Positions 30,651 to 39,286 are shown, numbered from the stretch's first letter. The stretch is DNA of 49,871 bases from Promethearchaeota archaeon (GCA_014728035.1 WJMJ01000080.1:1-49871), one strand, 5' to 3'. Notes: generated from the letters alone by a model not told the origin. A program made the numbers and translations.

Positions 30651-32377
30651 TGACTGAAACAGAGACCCCTAGAATTGGAGTTTTTGTCTGCCATTGCGGT
30701 CACAATATTGCTGGAGTCGTAGATGTCAAGAAAGTGGCTGAAATTGCGTCAAACTTACCAAATGTTGTATTTTCAACTGATGAGATGTTTATGTGTGCAG
30801 ATGCTGGACAGCAACTGATTCGTGATAAGATAAAAGAACATAATCTTACACGTGTTGTCGTTGCTAGTTGCTCTCCACGAATGCACGAGCCTACCTTCAG
30901 AAAAGTTGTTGAAGAGGCTGGTATGAACCGTTATCTGTTTGAACAAGTGAATCTCCGTGAACATGTTTCATGGTGTCATATGCGTGAACCTGAGGCAGCT
31001 ACTGAGAAAGCAATTGATTTGGTGAGAATGTCTGTAGCTCGTGCAGGAAAACTTGAGGAGTTGCCTATAAAGGCCGTAAAAGTCACTCCAAGGACTCTTG
31101 TTGTTGGAGGTGGAGTAGCAGGACTTCGTTCAGCACTTGATATAGCCGATAGAGGCTTTGAAGTTGTTCTTGTTGAAAAGAAGCCCAAATTAGGTGGCAA
31201 TACAATCAAGTGGTCACATTTGTATCCAACAGGTGAAGACGGTGAAGCAATCGTAGGACCTCTTGTTGAAAAGGTACAGAAACACAAGAATATCACAGTT
31301 CATACTGATTCAAAAGTTTCAGAGTTTGATGGCTACATTGGTAACTTCGATGTAACTGTCAAAACAGGTGAAGACTTGACTAAATACGAGATTGGTACTG
31401 TTATTGTTGCAACGGGATTTGACCCATTTGAACCTGCGGGCTACTATGGCTATGGAGTCAGTAACAAGATAATGACCCTCGCACAATATGAGGAGAAAAA
31501 AGTTGCTGGCAAAATTGATTTTGACAAGATCAAGAAGATTGCATTCATTGGATGTGTTGGTTCTCGAGAACCTGGAAAGAAAGGTCATGAGCATTGTTCC
31601 AGGTATTGTTGTACAGCCGTAGCTAGCGCATCAGCAGATGCGAAAGATAAGGTGGATGACATAGTTGTTCTATATCAGGACATTCGAACTTATGGAAAGA
31701 ACCATGAAGAGCTTCATAGGCTTGCCCGTGAGAAATTTGTCATCTATAGTAAATTCCCAGAAGACAAGAAACCAGAAATTGAGGTAAAAGAAGGCAGGAT
31801 TCATATCAACTGGCATGATACTTTGTCCGATGAAGAGCTCTCTTTCGAACCTGATTTACTTATCTTAGCTTCAGCAATGATTCCACCAGATGGAATTGAC
31901 GAGATTTCTAAGATGTTCAGTCTGACTAGAAGTGCAGATGGATTCTTCAACCCTGAACATGTCAAACTCGCTCCACTGACAACACACACTGCTGGAGTAA
32001 TGATAGCTGGGGCAGCTCATTCTGCAAAGACTGCAGCTGAATCGATTATCGATGCTAGTGGAGCAGCTGCTAAAGCAGTTGGTCTAATGGCTCAGGGTGA
32101 GGTTGAGATTGAATCTACAGTTTCCTATGTCCTCCCTGACCTCTGTTCTGCATGTCACACTTGTGTCACAGCTTGTCCATATGGGGCATTAGAAGTGATT
32201 ACAGAGAATGACAAAGAATATGCTATTGTCACTGAAGCAAAATGTCACGGATGTGGAACCTGCGCAGCCGCTTGTCCAAGTGGAGCAATCGTTATGCGGC
32301 ATTCTACTGATGAACAAATTATTACAATGGTTGAGGCTTACCTCTGTCCTGCGCCTGAAACTGGAGGTGGTGCTTAA
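30650..32377 (+). CDS. hdrA: HdrA-like flavoprotein 2 (N-terminal Fe-S domain, FAD domain, C-terminal ferredoxin; no inserted ferredoxin)
   Basis: RIGVFVCHCGHNIAG, CSPRMHE, GGGVAG, CVGSRE...CSRYCC, CSACHTCVTACP, CHGCGTCAAACP. Confidence 0.9.
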   Translation: MTETETPRIGVFVCHCGHNIAGVVDVKKVAEIASNLPNVVFSTDEMFMCADAGQQLIRDKIKEHNLTRVVVASCSPRMHEPTFRKVVEEAGMNRYLFEQVNLREHVSWCHMREPEAATEKAIDLVRMSVARAGKLEELPIKAVKVTPRTLVVGGGVAGLRSALDIADRGFEVVLVEKKPKLGGNTIKWSHLYPTGEDGEAIVGPLVEKVQKHKNITVHTDSKVSEFDGYIGNFDVTVKTGEDLTKYEIGTVIVATGFDPFEPAGYYGYGVSNKIMTLAQYEEKKVAGKIDFDKIKKIAFIGCVGSREPGKKGHEHCSRYCCTAVASASADAKDKVDDIVVLYQDIRTYGKNHEELHRLAREKFVIYSKFPEDKKPEIEVKEGRIHINWHDTLSDEELSFEPDLLILASAMIPPDGIDEISKMFSLTRSADGFFNPEHVKLAPLTTHTAGVMIAGAAHSAKTAAESIIDASGAAAKAVGLMAQGEVEIESTVSYVLPDLCSACHTCVTACPYGALEVITENDKEYAIVTEAKCHGCGTCAAACPSGAIVMRHSTDEQIITMVEAYLCPAPETGGGA

Positions 32378-32823
32378 TGACTACTAAAGCAGTTACTACA
32401 AAGACTACCGAAGAAGACTGGGAACCACGTATCGTTGCATATTGTTGCAACTGGTGCTCTTACGCTGGAGCTGACCTTGCTGGCACTAGCAGAATACAAT
32501 ACCCTCCTAATGCTAGAATTATTCGAGTGAACTGTACTGGACGAATTAGCCCAGAGTTCATTCTAGCAGCATTGGATATGGGTGCTGATGGCGTGTTAGT
32601 ATCTGGTTGCCATCCTGGTGATTGTCACTACACTAGCGGAAATCTAAAACTAAGAGCTCGCTGGGCACTTATGGAGAAAGCTATCGAGCAGGCTGGTATA
32701 GATCCCCGGCGTGTCCGATTACAATGGGCAAGCGCATCAGAAGCACAAATCTTTGCGGATGGAGTAAAGATACTCATAGACCAAGTGAAGAAGTTGGGAC
32801 CTATTAGGAGGTCATGGAAATGA
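32377..32823 (+). CDS. mvhD: F420-non-reducing hydrogenase [2Fe-2S] subunit D (all-Cys form)
   Basis: CCNWCSYAGADLAG, RVNCTGR, GCHPGDCHY. Confidence 0.95.
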   Translation: MTTKAVTTKTTEEDWEPRIVAYCCNWCSYAGADLAGTSRIQYPPNARIIRVNCTGRISPEFILAALDMGADGVLVSGCHPGDCHYTSGNLKLRARWALMEKAIEQAGIDPRRVRLQWASASEAQIFADGVKILIDQVKKLGPIRRSWK

Positions 32824-33053
32824 GTGTATTCTCTGAATATTTCAAACAAAAACGTGGAGCAATTCGAAAACAGCGAAAAGCGATTAAAGAAGTACTTGAG
32901 AGTGGACCTGCTTCAGTGAGTGATATTTCTGAAAAGGTCGAGTTTGATAAGAAACTCATTCTTTGGAATCTCATGGGAATGCTACGTTGGGGAGATGTGG
33001 ATATAGTAGATGAGCGTGACCATGAATTGGTCTATGCTCTTGCGGAGGCCTAA
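32814..33053 (+). CDS. Small winged-helix protein embedded in the hydrogenase operon
   Basis: IKEVLESGPASVSDISEKV...LMGMLRWGDV...Y wHTH pattern; overlaps the mvhD stop. Confidence 0.7.
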   Translation: MEMSVFSEYFKQKRGAIRKQRKAIKEVLESGPASVSDISEKVEFDKKLILWNLMGMLRWGDVDIVDERDHELVYALAEA

Positions 33054-33055
33054 AC

Positions 33056-33979
33056 ATGTCTGATAAAGTTTCAATCGCATTAGTACAAGGAAGCTCCTGT
33101 TGGGGTTGCTTCCAGAGCCTTGTGGATATTCATCTCCGATTAGCAGACGTATTGCCCCTACTTGACATCAAGTTCTGGGCTGGAGTCGTAGATTTCAAAC
33201 ACTCTGATCTTGAAGGATATCCAGAGAAATCTATTGATGTTGGAATCTTTGAAGGTTCAGCCAGGACTTCTGACGATGTGCATCATCTCAAAGTTCTACG
33301 TGAAAAATGCAAGACCCTAATTGCATTCGGTTCTTGTTCCTGCTTTGGTGGGATTCCAGGCTTAGCAAACTTCTCAGAGATTGATGATGCCTTAGCTACC
33401 AAGTTCAAAACGAGACCAACTTATGACAATGAAACGATCCCCTCAGAGAATCTTCCCACAATCGAACCTGTTATTCTCCCTAATAACGAGATTGTAGATT
33501 TCGATATTTTCCTTCCGGGATGCCCTCCAACATCCGACCTGATTCATACTGCTCTTACAGCTTTAATCAAGGGCGAAGAATTAGAACTTCCTCCTCATAC
33601 TGTGTGTCATTACTGCAGTCGTGAGAAGAAGGAAACACCTCTTCCCGATGTACTGAAACCCTATCAAGGCAAGGCTGATCCTGACCGATGCTTACTTGAG
33701 CAAGGTTACATCTGTCTTGGTGGTTCTACATGGGGTCTCTGTGAAGGGCAATGTGTTAACAAGGGAGCTACCTGTCGAGGTTGTTTTGGTCCTGTTCCAC
33801 CAATTATGCAGGATCAGGGTGCTACTGCTATCTCTATGATTGGTACATATGCACCTCTAGAACCAGAACTCCTCAAAGAGAAAATTAAGGACCCACTTGG
33901 GCTATTTTGGAGATTCTCATATGCCACAAGTCATCTTGGACACATCCGTGCTAAGAGAGAGGAGGTTAAGAACGAATGA
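33056..33979 (+). CDS. mvhG: F420-non-reducing (group 3c) hydrogenase small subunit
   Basis: SCWGC, FEGS, FGSCSCFGGIPGL, PGCPP, VCHYC, CLLEQGYICLG, CRGCFG. Confidence 0.92.
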   Translation: MSDKVSIALVQGSSCWGCFQSLVDIHLRLADVLPLLDIKFWAGVVDFKHSDLEGYPEKSIDVGIFEGSARTSDDVHHLKVLREKCKTLIAFGSCSCFGGIPGLANFSEIDDALATKFKTRPTYDNETIPSENLPTIEPVILPNNEIVDFDIFLPGCPPTSDLIHTALTALIKGEELELPPHTVCHYCSREKKETPLPDVLKPYQGKADPDRCLLEQGYICLGGSTWGLCEGQCVNKGATCRGCFGPVPPIMQDQGATAISMIGTYAPLEPELLKEKIKDPLGLFWRFSYATSHLGHIRAKREEVKNE

Positions 33980-35292
33980 CTGACGAAAAGACAATCAGAA
34001 TAGACCCGGTGACTCGGTTAGAAGGTCACGGATCATTAACAATCAAATTAGGCAAAGATGGTAAGGTTCGCGATGTGCAATTCAATGTAGGCAGCACTCG
34101 CTTCTTTGAAGAGTTCCTTCAAGGTCGCCCGATGGAAGAAGCACCACGTATCGCCCCACGAATCTGTGGGATATGTCCAATTCCTCACCATCTAGCATCG
34201 GTAAAAGCTGTAGAAGCTGCATGGGATGTTACCCCTCCGCCTGCAGCCATCAAATTGCGAAGATTGATGATTGAGGCAAAACAGCTGTCCTCACATGCGA
34301 TACATTTCTATGCACTAGCAGCTCCTGATTTCGTCTTTGGACCTTTTGCAGATCCTGCAGTGAGAAACGTTGCCAAAGTTCTAGAACATCTACCCGATGT
34401 AACTGTACAAGCTATCAAGCTCATGCAGTTCGGGCAAGAATTGTGTAAGACCATTGGTGCTAAAGCAATTCATCCAACAACCGCTATTCCTGGTGGAATG
34501 TTAACTGCTCTAACAGAGGAGGAACGTGACTACTGGATTGGGCAAGTACCTGAGATGCTTGAAAATATAACGAAGACTGTTGACTTGGCAAAGAAGGTTG
34601 TCACTGATTATATTGATGTAGTGACAAAAGTGGCAGTTACTCCTACTTATTACCTTGGTTTGGTTAATGACGGAGCACTCGATATCTACGATGGAAAAGT
34701 CAGAGTCATGGACCCAGAAGGTAAGATTGTTGCTGACTTTGAACCCAAAGACTACCAGCAATATTACGGAGAGCATGTTGCAGACCACTCTTTTGCTACT
34801 CATGTCTATTACAAACCAGCAGGTTATCCTGATGGAGTTTGGAGAGCTAATACATTGGCAAGATGCAATGTTGCTGATAAAATGGCTACACCACTCGCTC
34901 AAGAAGCCCTTGTAGAGATGCGCGAACTCATCGGTCGCCCCTCACATCATACCTTTGCATTCCATTATGCGCGGATTGTTGAGATGGTTCAGGCGGCTGA
35001 ATGGATTAAGACATTGCTTGAAGACCCAATGATTGTAAGCACTGACGTTAAACTTGCAGATGTGGAACCAAAAGCTGGAGATGGAGTTGGACTCGTAGAA
35101 GCTCCTCGCGGTACTCTATTGCACCATTACACAAGTGACGAGGAAGGTATCTTGACAGATGCAAACCTTATTGTAGCTACAAATAACAATATAGCTGGAA
35201 TTGAAAAGTCCCTAATGGTTGCAGCAAAACAGATATTCGAGGAAAAGGCTCACGAATCACTTAACCTTCCTGATCCTCTTGTAAAACTATAA
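33976..35292 (+). CDS. vhuA: Group 3c hydrogenase large subunit lacking the C-terminal L2 motif (VhuA type)
   Basis: PVTRLEGHG, L1 motif RICGICPIPH, EAPRGTLLHHY, LIVATNNN; ends ...PDPLVKL with no DPCxxC. Confidence 0.92.
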   Translation: MTDEKTIRIDPVTRLEGHGSLTIKLGKDGKVRDVQFNVGSTRFFEEFLQGRPMEEAPRIAPRICGICPIPHHLASVKAVEAAWDVTPPPAAIKLRRLMIEAKQLSSHAIHFYALAAPDFVFGPFADPAVRNVAKVLEHLPDVTVQAIKLMQFGQELCKTIGAKAIHPTTAIPGGMLTALTEEERDYWIGQVPEMLENITKTVDLAKKVVTDYIDVVTKVAVTPTYYLGLVNDGALDIYDGKVRVMDPEGKIVADFEPKDYQQYYGEHVADHSFATHVYYKPAGYPDGVWRANTLARCNVADKMATPLAQEALVEMRELIGRPSHHTFAFHYARIVEMVQAAEWIKTLLEDPMIVSTDVKLADVEPKAGDGVGLVEAPRGTLLHHYTSDEEGILTDANLIVATNNNIAGIEKSLMVAAKQIFEEKAHESLNLPDPLVKL

Positions 35293-35307
35293 TTACGGTG
35301 AACCCTA

Positions 35308-35460
35308 ATGACTGAAGAAATACCTGAAGGCCTGCTCAACCTCCTCGAGATGGTTGTGCGGTGCTACGATTGCTGACTATCATGCGGTGCTCATCTCGTC
35401 GTAGTTGACGAAGAGGATCGCGAGATTGTCAGGAAGGAGTTAGTGACCAGCGGCGGATGA
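35308..35460 (+). CDS. vhuU: Selenoprotein VhuU, 50 aa with Sec23: MTEEIPEGLLNLLEMVVRCYDC(U)LSCGAHLVVVDEEDREIVRKELVTSGG
   Basis: Translated by hand; not in the ORF track. GGTGA SD at 35297-35301, ATG 35308. In-frame TGA at 35374-35376 falls at the first ligand position of the L2 motif (D-x-U-x-x-C-x-x-H), which vhuA lacks. SECIS downstream. Confidence 0.93.
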
Positions 35461-35507
35461 AGGCACGACCGAAAGTTTGTGGTCGTGTTGGACAACCCTG
35501 CCCGGGT
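35446..35507 (+). ncRNA. Eukaryote-like (Lokiarchaeota-type) SECIS element
   Basis: ATGA core 35457-35460; A; stem GGCACGACC (35462-70); loop GAAAGTTTGT; stem GGTCGTGTT (35481-89); GGAC (tandem G.A/A.G). Lower helix GGCGG (35452-56) pairs with CTGCC (35498-502). Confidence 0.85.
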
Positions 35508-35542
35508 GTGCTTGTCACACTCCTCCCCCCTTTTTCTTTTTC
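35504..35542 (+). terminator. Operon terminator (hairpin plus U-tract)
   Basis: GGGTGTG-CTTGT-CACACTC followed by CCCCCC TTTTTCTTTTT. Confidence 0.6.
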
Positions 35543-35623
35543 AATTCTGTTAATTCGGTCTGTCATTCCTTCAACAGACTCTTATCGGAAGAATTGTCCA
35601 TAATAATTACACTTCTACATGAC

Positions 35624-36199
35624 ATGATAAATATGGATTTAGAAACTAGAGACGAAATCTGCTCTTTGATGAACTCCGAATTAAGCCAACTGATGGAACC
35701 ACACCAAATTCATTTCTATTTTGATAACAGAATTCAGCAGTTCGTCTTGTCAATTGAACCTCGACCAGGAATCATTAGGAAGAAGGAGATAGAGCCTAAT
35801 ACCATCGAATTATTGGACGCAGAAGAATTACTCACGCTATTGGTTTCTTATATTGTAAATTTGAGTCAGCCTAGAAGGGATTTTTCACGAGTAGCTATAA
35901 TATCCATAGCTGGAATGATTGGTTGTGCTATTATTGTTATTTTTCTAGTGTCTTTCATCGGATTTCCAATTTTAGATTCAATATTTCTTTTGTCAGTTCT
36001 TCTAGGAATAGGGATACCTATTGTCTTAGTTTTGGTTTTGATTTTACCAAGAATTCTCTTTCCACATCCTGACTTAATTACTTACGAATTGAGACCTAAT
36101 CTATTGGAAGTACTTGAGAAAATAAAGAGCCATTGTGGTTCATCAGAGGAGAATATTCTCCTCCAAGAACGGATAGAACGTCTCAGAGAAAAGAATTGA
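35624..36199 (+). CDS. Hypothetical protein with two TM helices
   Basis: Same frame as track ORF 35477-36199; start moved to ATG 35624/35633 because the upstream part overlaps the SECIS and terminator. Confidence 0.6.
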   Translation: MINMDLETRDEICSLMNSELSQLMEPHQIHFYFDNRIQQFVLSIEPRPGIIRKKEIEPNTIELLDAEELLTLLVSYIVNLSQPRRDFSRVAIISIAGMIGCAIIVIFLVSFIGFPILDSIFLLSVLLGIGIPIVLVLVLILPRILFPHPDLITYELRPNLLEVLEKIKSHCGSSEENILLQERIERLREKN

Positions 36200-36275
36200 A
36201 ACCTCCAATGACGTATCAAAACTGCTTAATTTGGAAATGACTGTGTGAAACTTAGAATATCTGGAATTTGACAAG

Positions 36276-36761
36276 TTGAACGAAGGAATACCAAAACGAT
36301 TGGATGATACTGATCCCGTTAAAATTTGCACATCTTGTGAATCTCAATGCTGTAAATTGGGTGGAGCAGTTGCAACTGAAAATGAATATCGAGCAATTGT
36401 TGAAACCGGCAATCCTGATTATTTCGAGAAGGTAACTGATGGTGTCTATCAAATGAAATGGATCGAACCAGAAGGTAGATGTCCGTATCTGGAAGATAAC
36501 CTTTGTACTATCTATTCAGTGAGACCACTTGGTTGTCGTATGTTTCCTGTTGTTCATGTCCAAGGAATCGGTCCCCACCTTGTTAGATGTGAACTTTCCT
36601 ATCACTTGACAAGTGCAACCATTATTGAGAGAGCATTATTACTATCTTCGCGTCCTGAAGAGGTTGCAGACGCAGTTCTTGATCATAGAAAGCGAGCATC
36701 TTGCAAATTTGAACGTCGTCTTAGTAGGTTTGATATTAATTATATCGAGATTGAAAAATAA
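36276..36761 (+). CDS. YkgJ-family (CxxCxxCC) cysteine-cluster protein
   Basis: CTSCESQCC, CPYLEDNLCTIYSVRPLGCRMFP. Confidence 0.85.
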   Translation: MNEGIPKRLDDTDPVKICTSCESQCCKLGGAVATENEYRAIVETGNPDYFEKVTDGVYQMKWIEPEGRCPYLEDNLCTIYSVRPLGCRMFPVVHVQGIGPHLVRCELSYHLTSATIIERALLLSSRPEEVADAVLDHRKRASCKFERRLSRFDINYIEIEK

Positions 36762-37022
36762 TTGATGCAATTTAGAAATTTCCTAAGCCACTCTGAACAA
36801 GTACCAGAAGCACAGTCATAGAAATTAGCGTCCATTTCTCTCTGATGGTATAGTGGATTGAGGTGAATATTTTCTCCCATTCTGGATAGCATTCATAGGT
36901 TTCCTTCTCTAGAATCGCATTAATCTCTTTAGTATTCCGAAGTACTTTCCTGAACTTCTATCTCAAAAAGCTGAAAACTCCTGTATGCAAGTTTGCAATC
37001 GATTCTGGTACAAAGATGATGT

Positions 37023-38159
37023 ATGCAATCTATTTATATGCTTAATATCGTTAACAATATCGTTAGTGATATAATGATGCAGGTTTCGCCCCTTCCTGGT
37101 TCTGAATTTCATGTTCTTAGTGTGATTTTTTCAGTACTTGTCACAATAATAGCTCTCCAACTTTATAGAAAAACGCGAGTAAAAGAGACCCTTATTTTTG
37201 CAGTCTATCCCTTGTGTTATGGAATATGGCAAGTTATATCACTACCTGCTGAATTTTGGCAAAACATCATTCTGGCAAAAATCGGATATCTAATTGGCAT
37301 AGCTGGTATTTTAGCTCTCTTTGCCTTTGGAGAACGTATACATACTCGATCTGGAATTCGGGAGATAGTCATATCCACCACTTTTGGAGCATTTCTCCTT
37401 GCTCTTGCCACGGATACAATGGTGCATATCTCTCCTGTAACAGGTGAAGTGCTTTTTGGTTTTGGTATCGAAGTGATTCTTATCGGAACATTTCTAACCA
37501 ATATCATTGGAATCTGGATGGTACGTGTTTCTTACAAGGTATACAAACGAACAAAATCATTGGAAGATAAGAAACCAGCACAAGCAGCTATGCTTTTCAT
37601 GTTGGCAATGGTAATTCTTATTTTTGCACATTCTGGACAACAGTCCGCATCATTATTTCTGGCCCCAGGTTTTGAACAACGATCTCTTGTTTTGATACCA
37701 ACCTTAGGTCCTCTCTTCATTCTTCTTTCACTATGGCGATTTTCTTACATTCCATATGTTCTCACGATTGAGGCTGAAGCATTGACAGTATATCACACAT
37801 CAGGTATTCCAATATATCATCGTACTTTGAGTAATGTTGTAACCCATGATCCGGCTCTTCTGACAGGAGCACTATCTGCCATCAACTCTTTTACTAAAGA
37901 GGTCGTATCTGATTCACAACTAAATGCAATTCAATTGGGAAGCTATATTCTTGAACACTATCATTCAGGTGAGTACACGATTCTCTTGGTAACACTCTCG
38001 AAAAACTCGATTGTTTCTAGTATACTACAGAAGTTCGTAGAGAGCGTTGCTGAACGGTTGAAAAAAGAAGATCCTGCTGGTCCGGAAGTGACAAAAATAG
38101 TATCTGAGAAGTTCAAAAATGAAGTTCCAATTCTCGTAGAACTTGCTCCTCCGACATAG
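37023..38159 (+). CDS. About 7-TM membrane protein with a C-terminal longin/roadblock-like domain
   Basis: About 7 hydrophobic helices, then YHTSGIPIY...DPALLTGALSAINSFTKEV...LNAIQLG, a pattern typical of Asgard longin-like domains; start may be 37074/37077. Confidence 0.6.
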   Translation: MQSIYMLNIVNNIVSDIMMQVSPLPGSEFHVLSVIFSVLVTIIALQLYRKTRVKETLIFAVYPLCYGIWQVISLPAEFWQNIILAKIGYLIGIAGILALFAFGERIHTRSGIREIVISTTFGAFLLALATDTMVHISPVTGEVLFGFGIEVILIGTFLTNIIGIWMVRVSYKVYKRTKSLEDKKPAQAAMLFMLAMVILIFAHSGQQSASLFLAPGFEQRSLVLIPTLGPLFILLSLWRFSYIPYVLTIEAEALTVYHTSGIPIYHRTLSNVVTHDPALLTGALSAINSFTKEVVSDSQLNAIQLGSYILEHYHSGEYTILLVTLSKNSIVSSILQKFVESVAERLKKEDPAGPEVTKIVSEKFKNEVPILVELAPPT

Positions 38160-38166
38160 ACTAATC

Positions 38167-38433
38167 CTATTGATCTCTTTGAGTTCGAAGTATAAAAGAC
38201 TTCGAGTCGATTGCTCATTGTGTTGCGAGTATTCCGTTTAGGTGGTCATACTCATGTTGCAGCAGCTCAGAGAGGTCATCCTTAAGGTTCTTCTTTTCTA
38301 TCCATTTTTCATCTCGGTAGAGAATGGTACAAGTTTTGTGACGCATTACTCGCACCACCAGTTCTGGAAAACACATCAGGTACCTCTATCATTTCGTAAC
38401 TTTTGGCAGTTTGTATATCTCTCTAACTGCTAT
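38167..38433 (-). pseudogene. def: Peptide deformylase pseudogene (internal deletion, in-frame stops, start mutated to ATA)
   Basis: Minus-strand translation: (I)AVREIYKLPKVTK**RYLMCFPELVVRVMRHKTCTILYRDEKWIEKKNLKDDLSELLQHEYDHLNGILATQ*AIDSKSFILRTQRDQ*. Contains the PDF motif QHExDHLxG. Confidence 0.85.
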
Positions 38434-38537
38434 GTTGGTCCAATTGTATCTCTCCTCGATAAAGAATCATATGAGGTTAACATAGGTTTCTGGACAGACT
38501 TTCCACAAGCTGTTATTGCAATCATAGCTATATTTAT

Positions 38538-38876
38538 ATGATAATTAATACAATGGTGATAATGGTGACAAATATGTCAACTGATGAAACAACTAATGAA
38601 GATCGCGATACGAGATTACGAATGCGTCGCAGATTCCAAGAACTTAAGGAAGCTCAACGCAAAAGAGAAGAAGCTAGTTCAGCATGGGTAATGGTAGCAT
38701 ACATAGGATTTCTTTTTACATTCATAGGATTCTTCATGATGCTAATCTTCTTGGGTGTTGTTCCTTTGACCCTGGAGATAATCATTTCAGCTGGTGTGAT
38801 TCTATTCGGAGTCTTCTTCATTGCAATTGGATTCTTCTTGAGAAATTCTCCTAGTTTAGTAATGGATGATATGTAA
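38538..38876 (+). CDS. Small two-TM membrane protein
   Basis: Charged N-terminal helix then two TM helices; start probably 38574. Confidence 0.6.
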   Translation: MIINTMVIMVTNMSTDETTNEDRDTRLRMRRRFQELKEAQRKREEASSAWVMVAYIGFLFTFIGFFMMLIFLGVVPLTLEIIISAGVILFGVFFIAIGFFLRNSPSLVMDDM

Positions 38877-38902
38877 GTGAAAAATAACACGAGGTGTGCC
38901 AT

Positions 38903-39286
38903 GTGACAAACGTAACAATACGCGGGATAGATGATCAAGTCTACAGTCTTTTTTCAGCTGAGGCTAGGAGACGTGGCGTTCCCATAGGCGAACTAGTTAC
39001 TCAGATCATGCGAATCTTTCTCGAAGAAACCAGTGAAAAGCAGTTTCGAATTGAAGATATGGATGAACTGACTTTAACGAAGGAAGAGCTAGAATCAGTG
39101 GGAGCTCCAATTAGTTTCAGTGGAATCAAGCATCTCCTAATCGCTGATGATGTTGATTGGGAAACTTTCGACAAATACGTTGACGAGATTCGTAAGTCAA
39201 AGACTGTAACAATTCCAAATTCTCTAACAAAACTTCAAGTTCTAACGAAATGTCGGAAAGTTGACAAGATTATTGAAGCCAAGTAA
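38903..39286 (+). CDS. Protein with an N-terminal ribbon-helix-helix (FitA/CopG-like) domain
   Basis: TNVTIRGIDDQVYSLFSAEARRRGVPIGELV; GAGGTG SD before GTG 38903. Confidence 0.7.
   Translation: MTNVTIRGIDDQVYSLFSAEARRRGVPIGELVTQIMRIFLEETSEKQFRIEDMDELTLTKEELESVGAPISFSGIKHLLIADDVDWETFDKYVDEIRKSKTVTIPNSLTKLQVLTKCRKVDKIIEAK

Noticed and set aside
29316-32823. Sec in HdrA or MvhD, which are selenoproteins in other archaea
   Set aside because: The ORFs are uninterrupted and have Cys codons at the relevant motifs (DCSAC, CCNWC, GCHPGDC).
35452-35460. VhuU C-terminal GG as a ubiquitin-like tail, or the terminal UGA as a second Sec
   Set aside because: No beta-grasp domain; the Gly codons are explained by SECIS helix pairing; readthrough would run through the SECIS and terminator into low-complexity sequence.
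35477-35623. Cys-rich N-terminal extension of track ORF 35477-36199
   Set aside because: It is a translation of the SECIS and terminator (PPPFFFF); the real start is probably 35624 or 35633.
36772-36957. Open minus-strand frame of ~60 codons (KFRKVLRNTKEINAIL...)
   Set aside because: No start codon near its 5' end and no recognisable motif.
38242-38541. 99-aa plus-strand ORF
   Set aside because: Antisense shadow of the def pseudogene.
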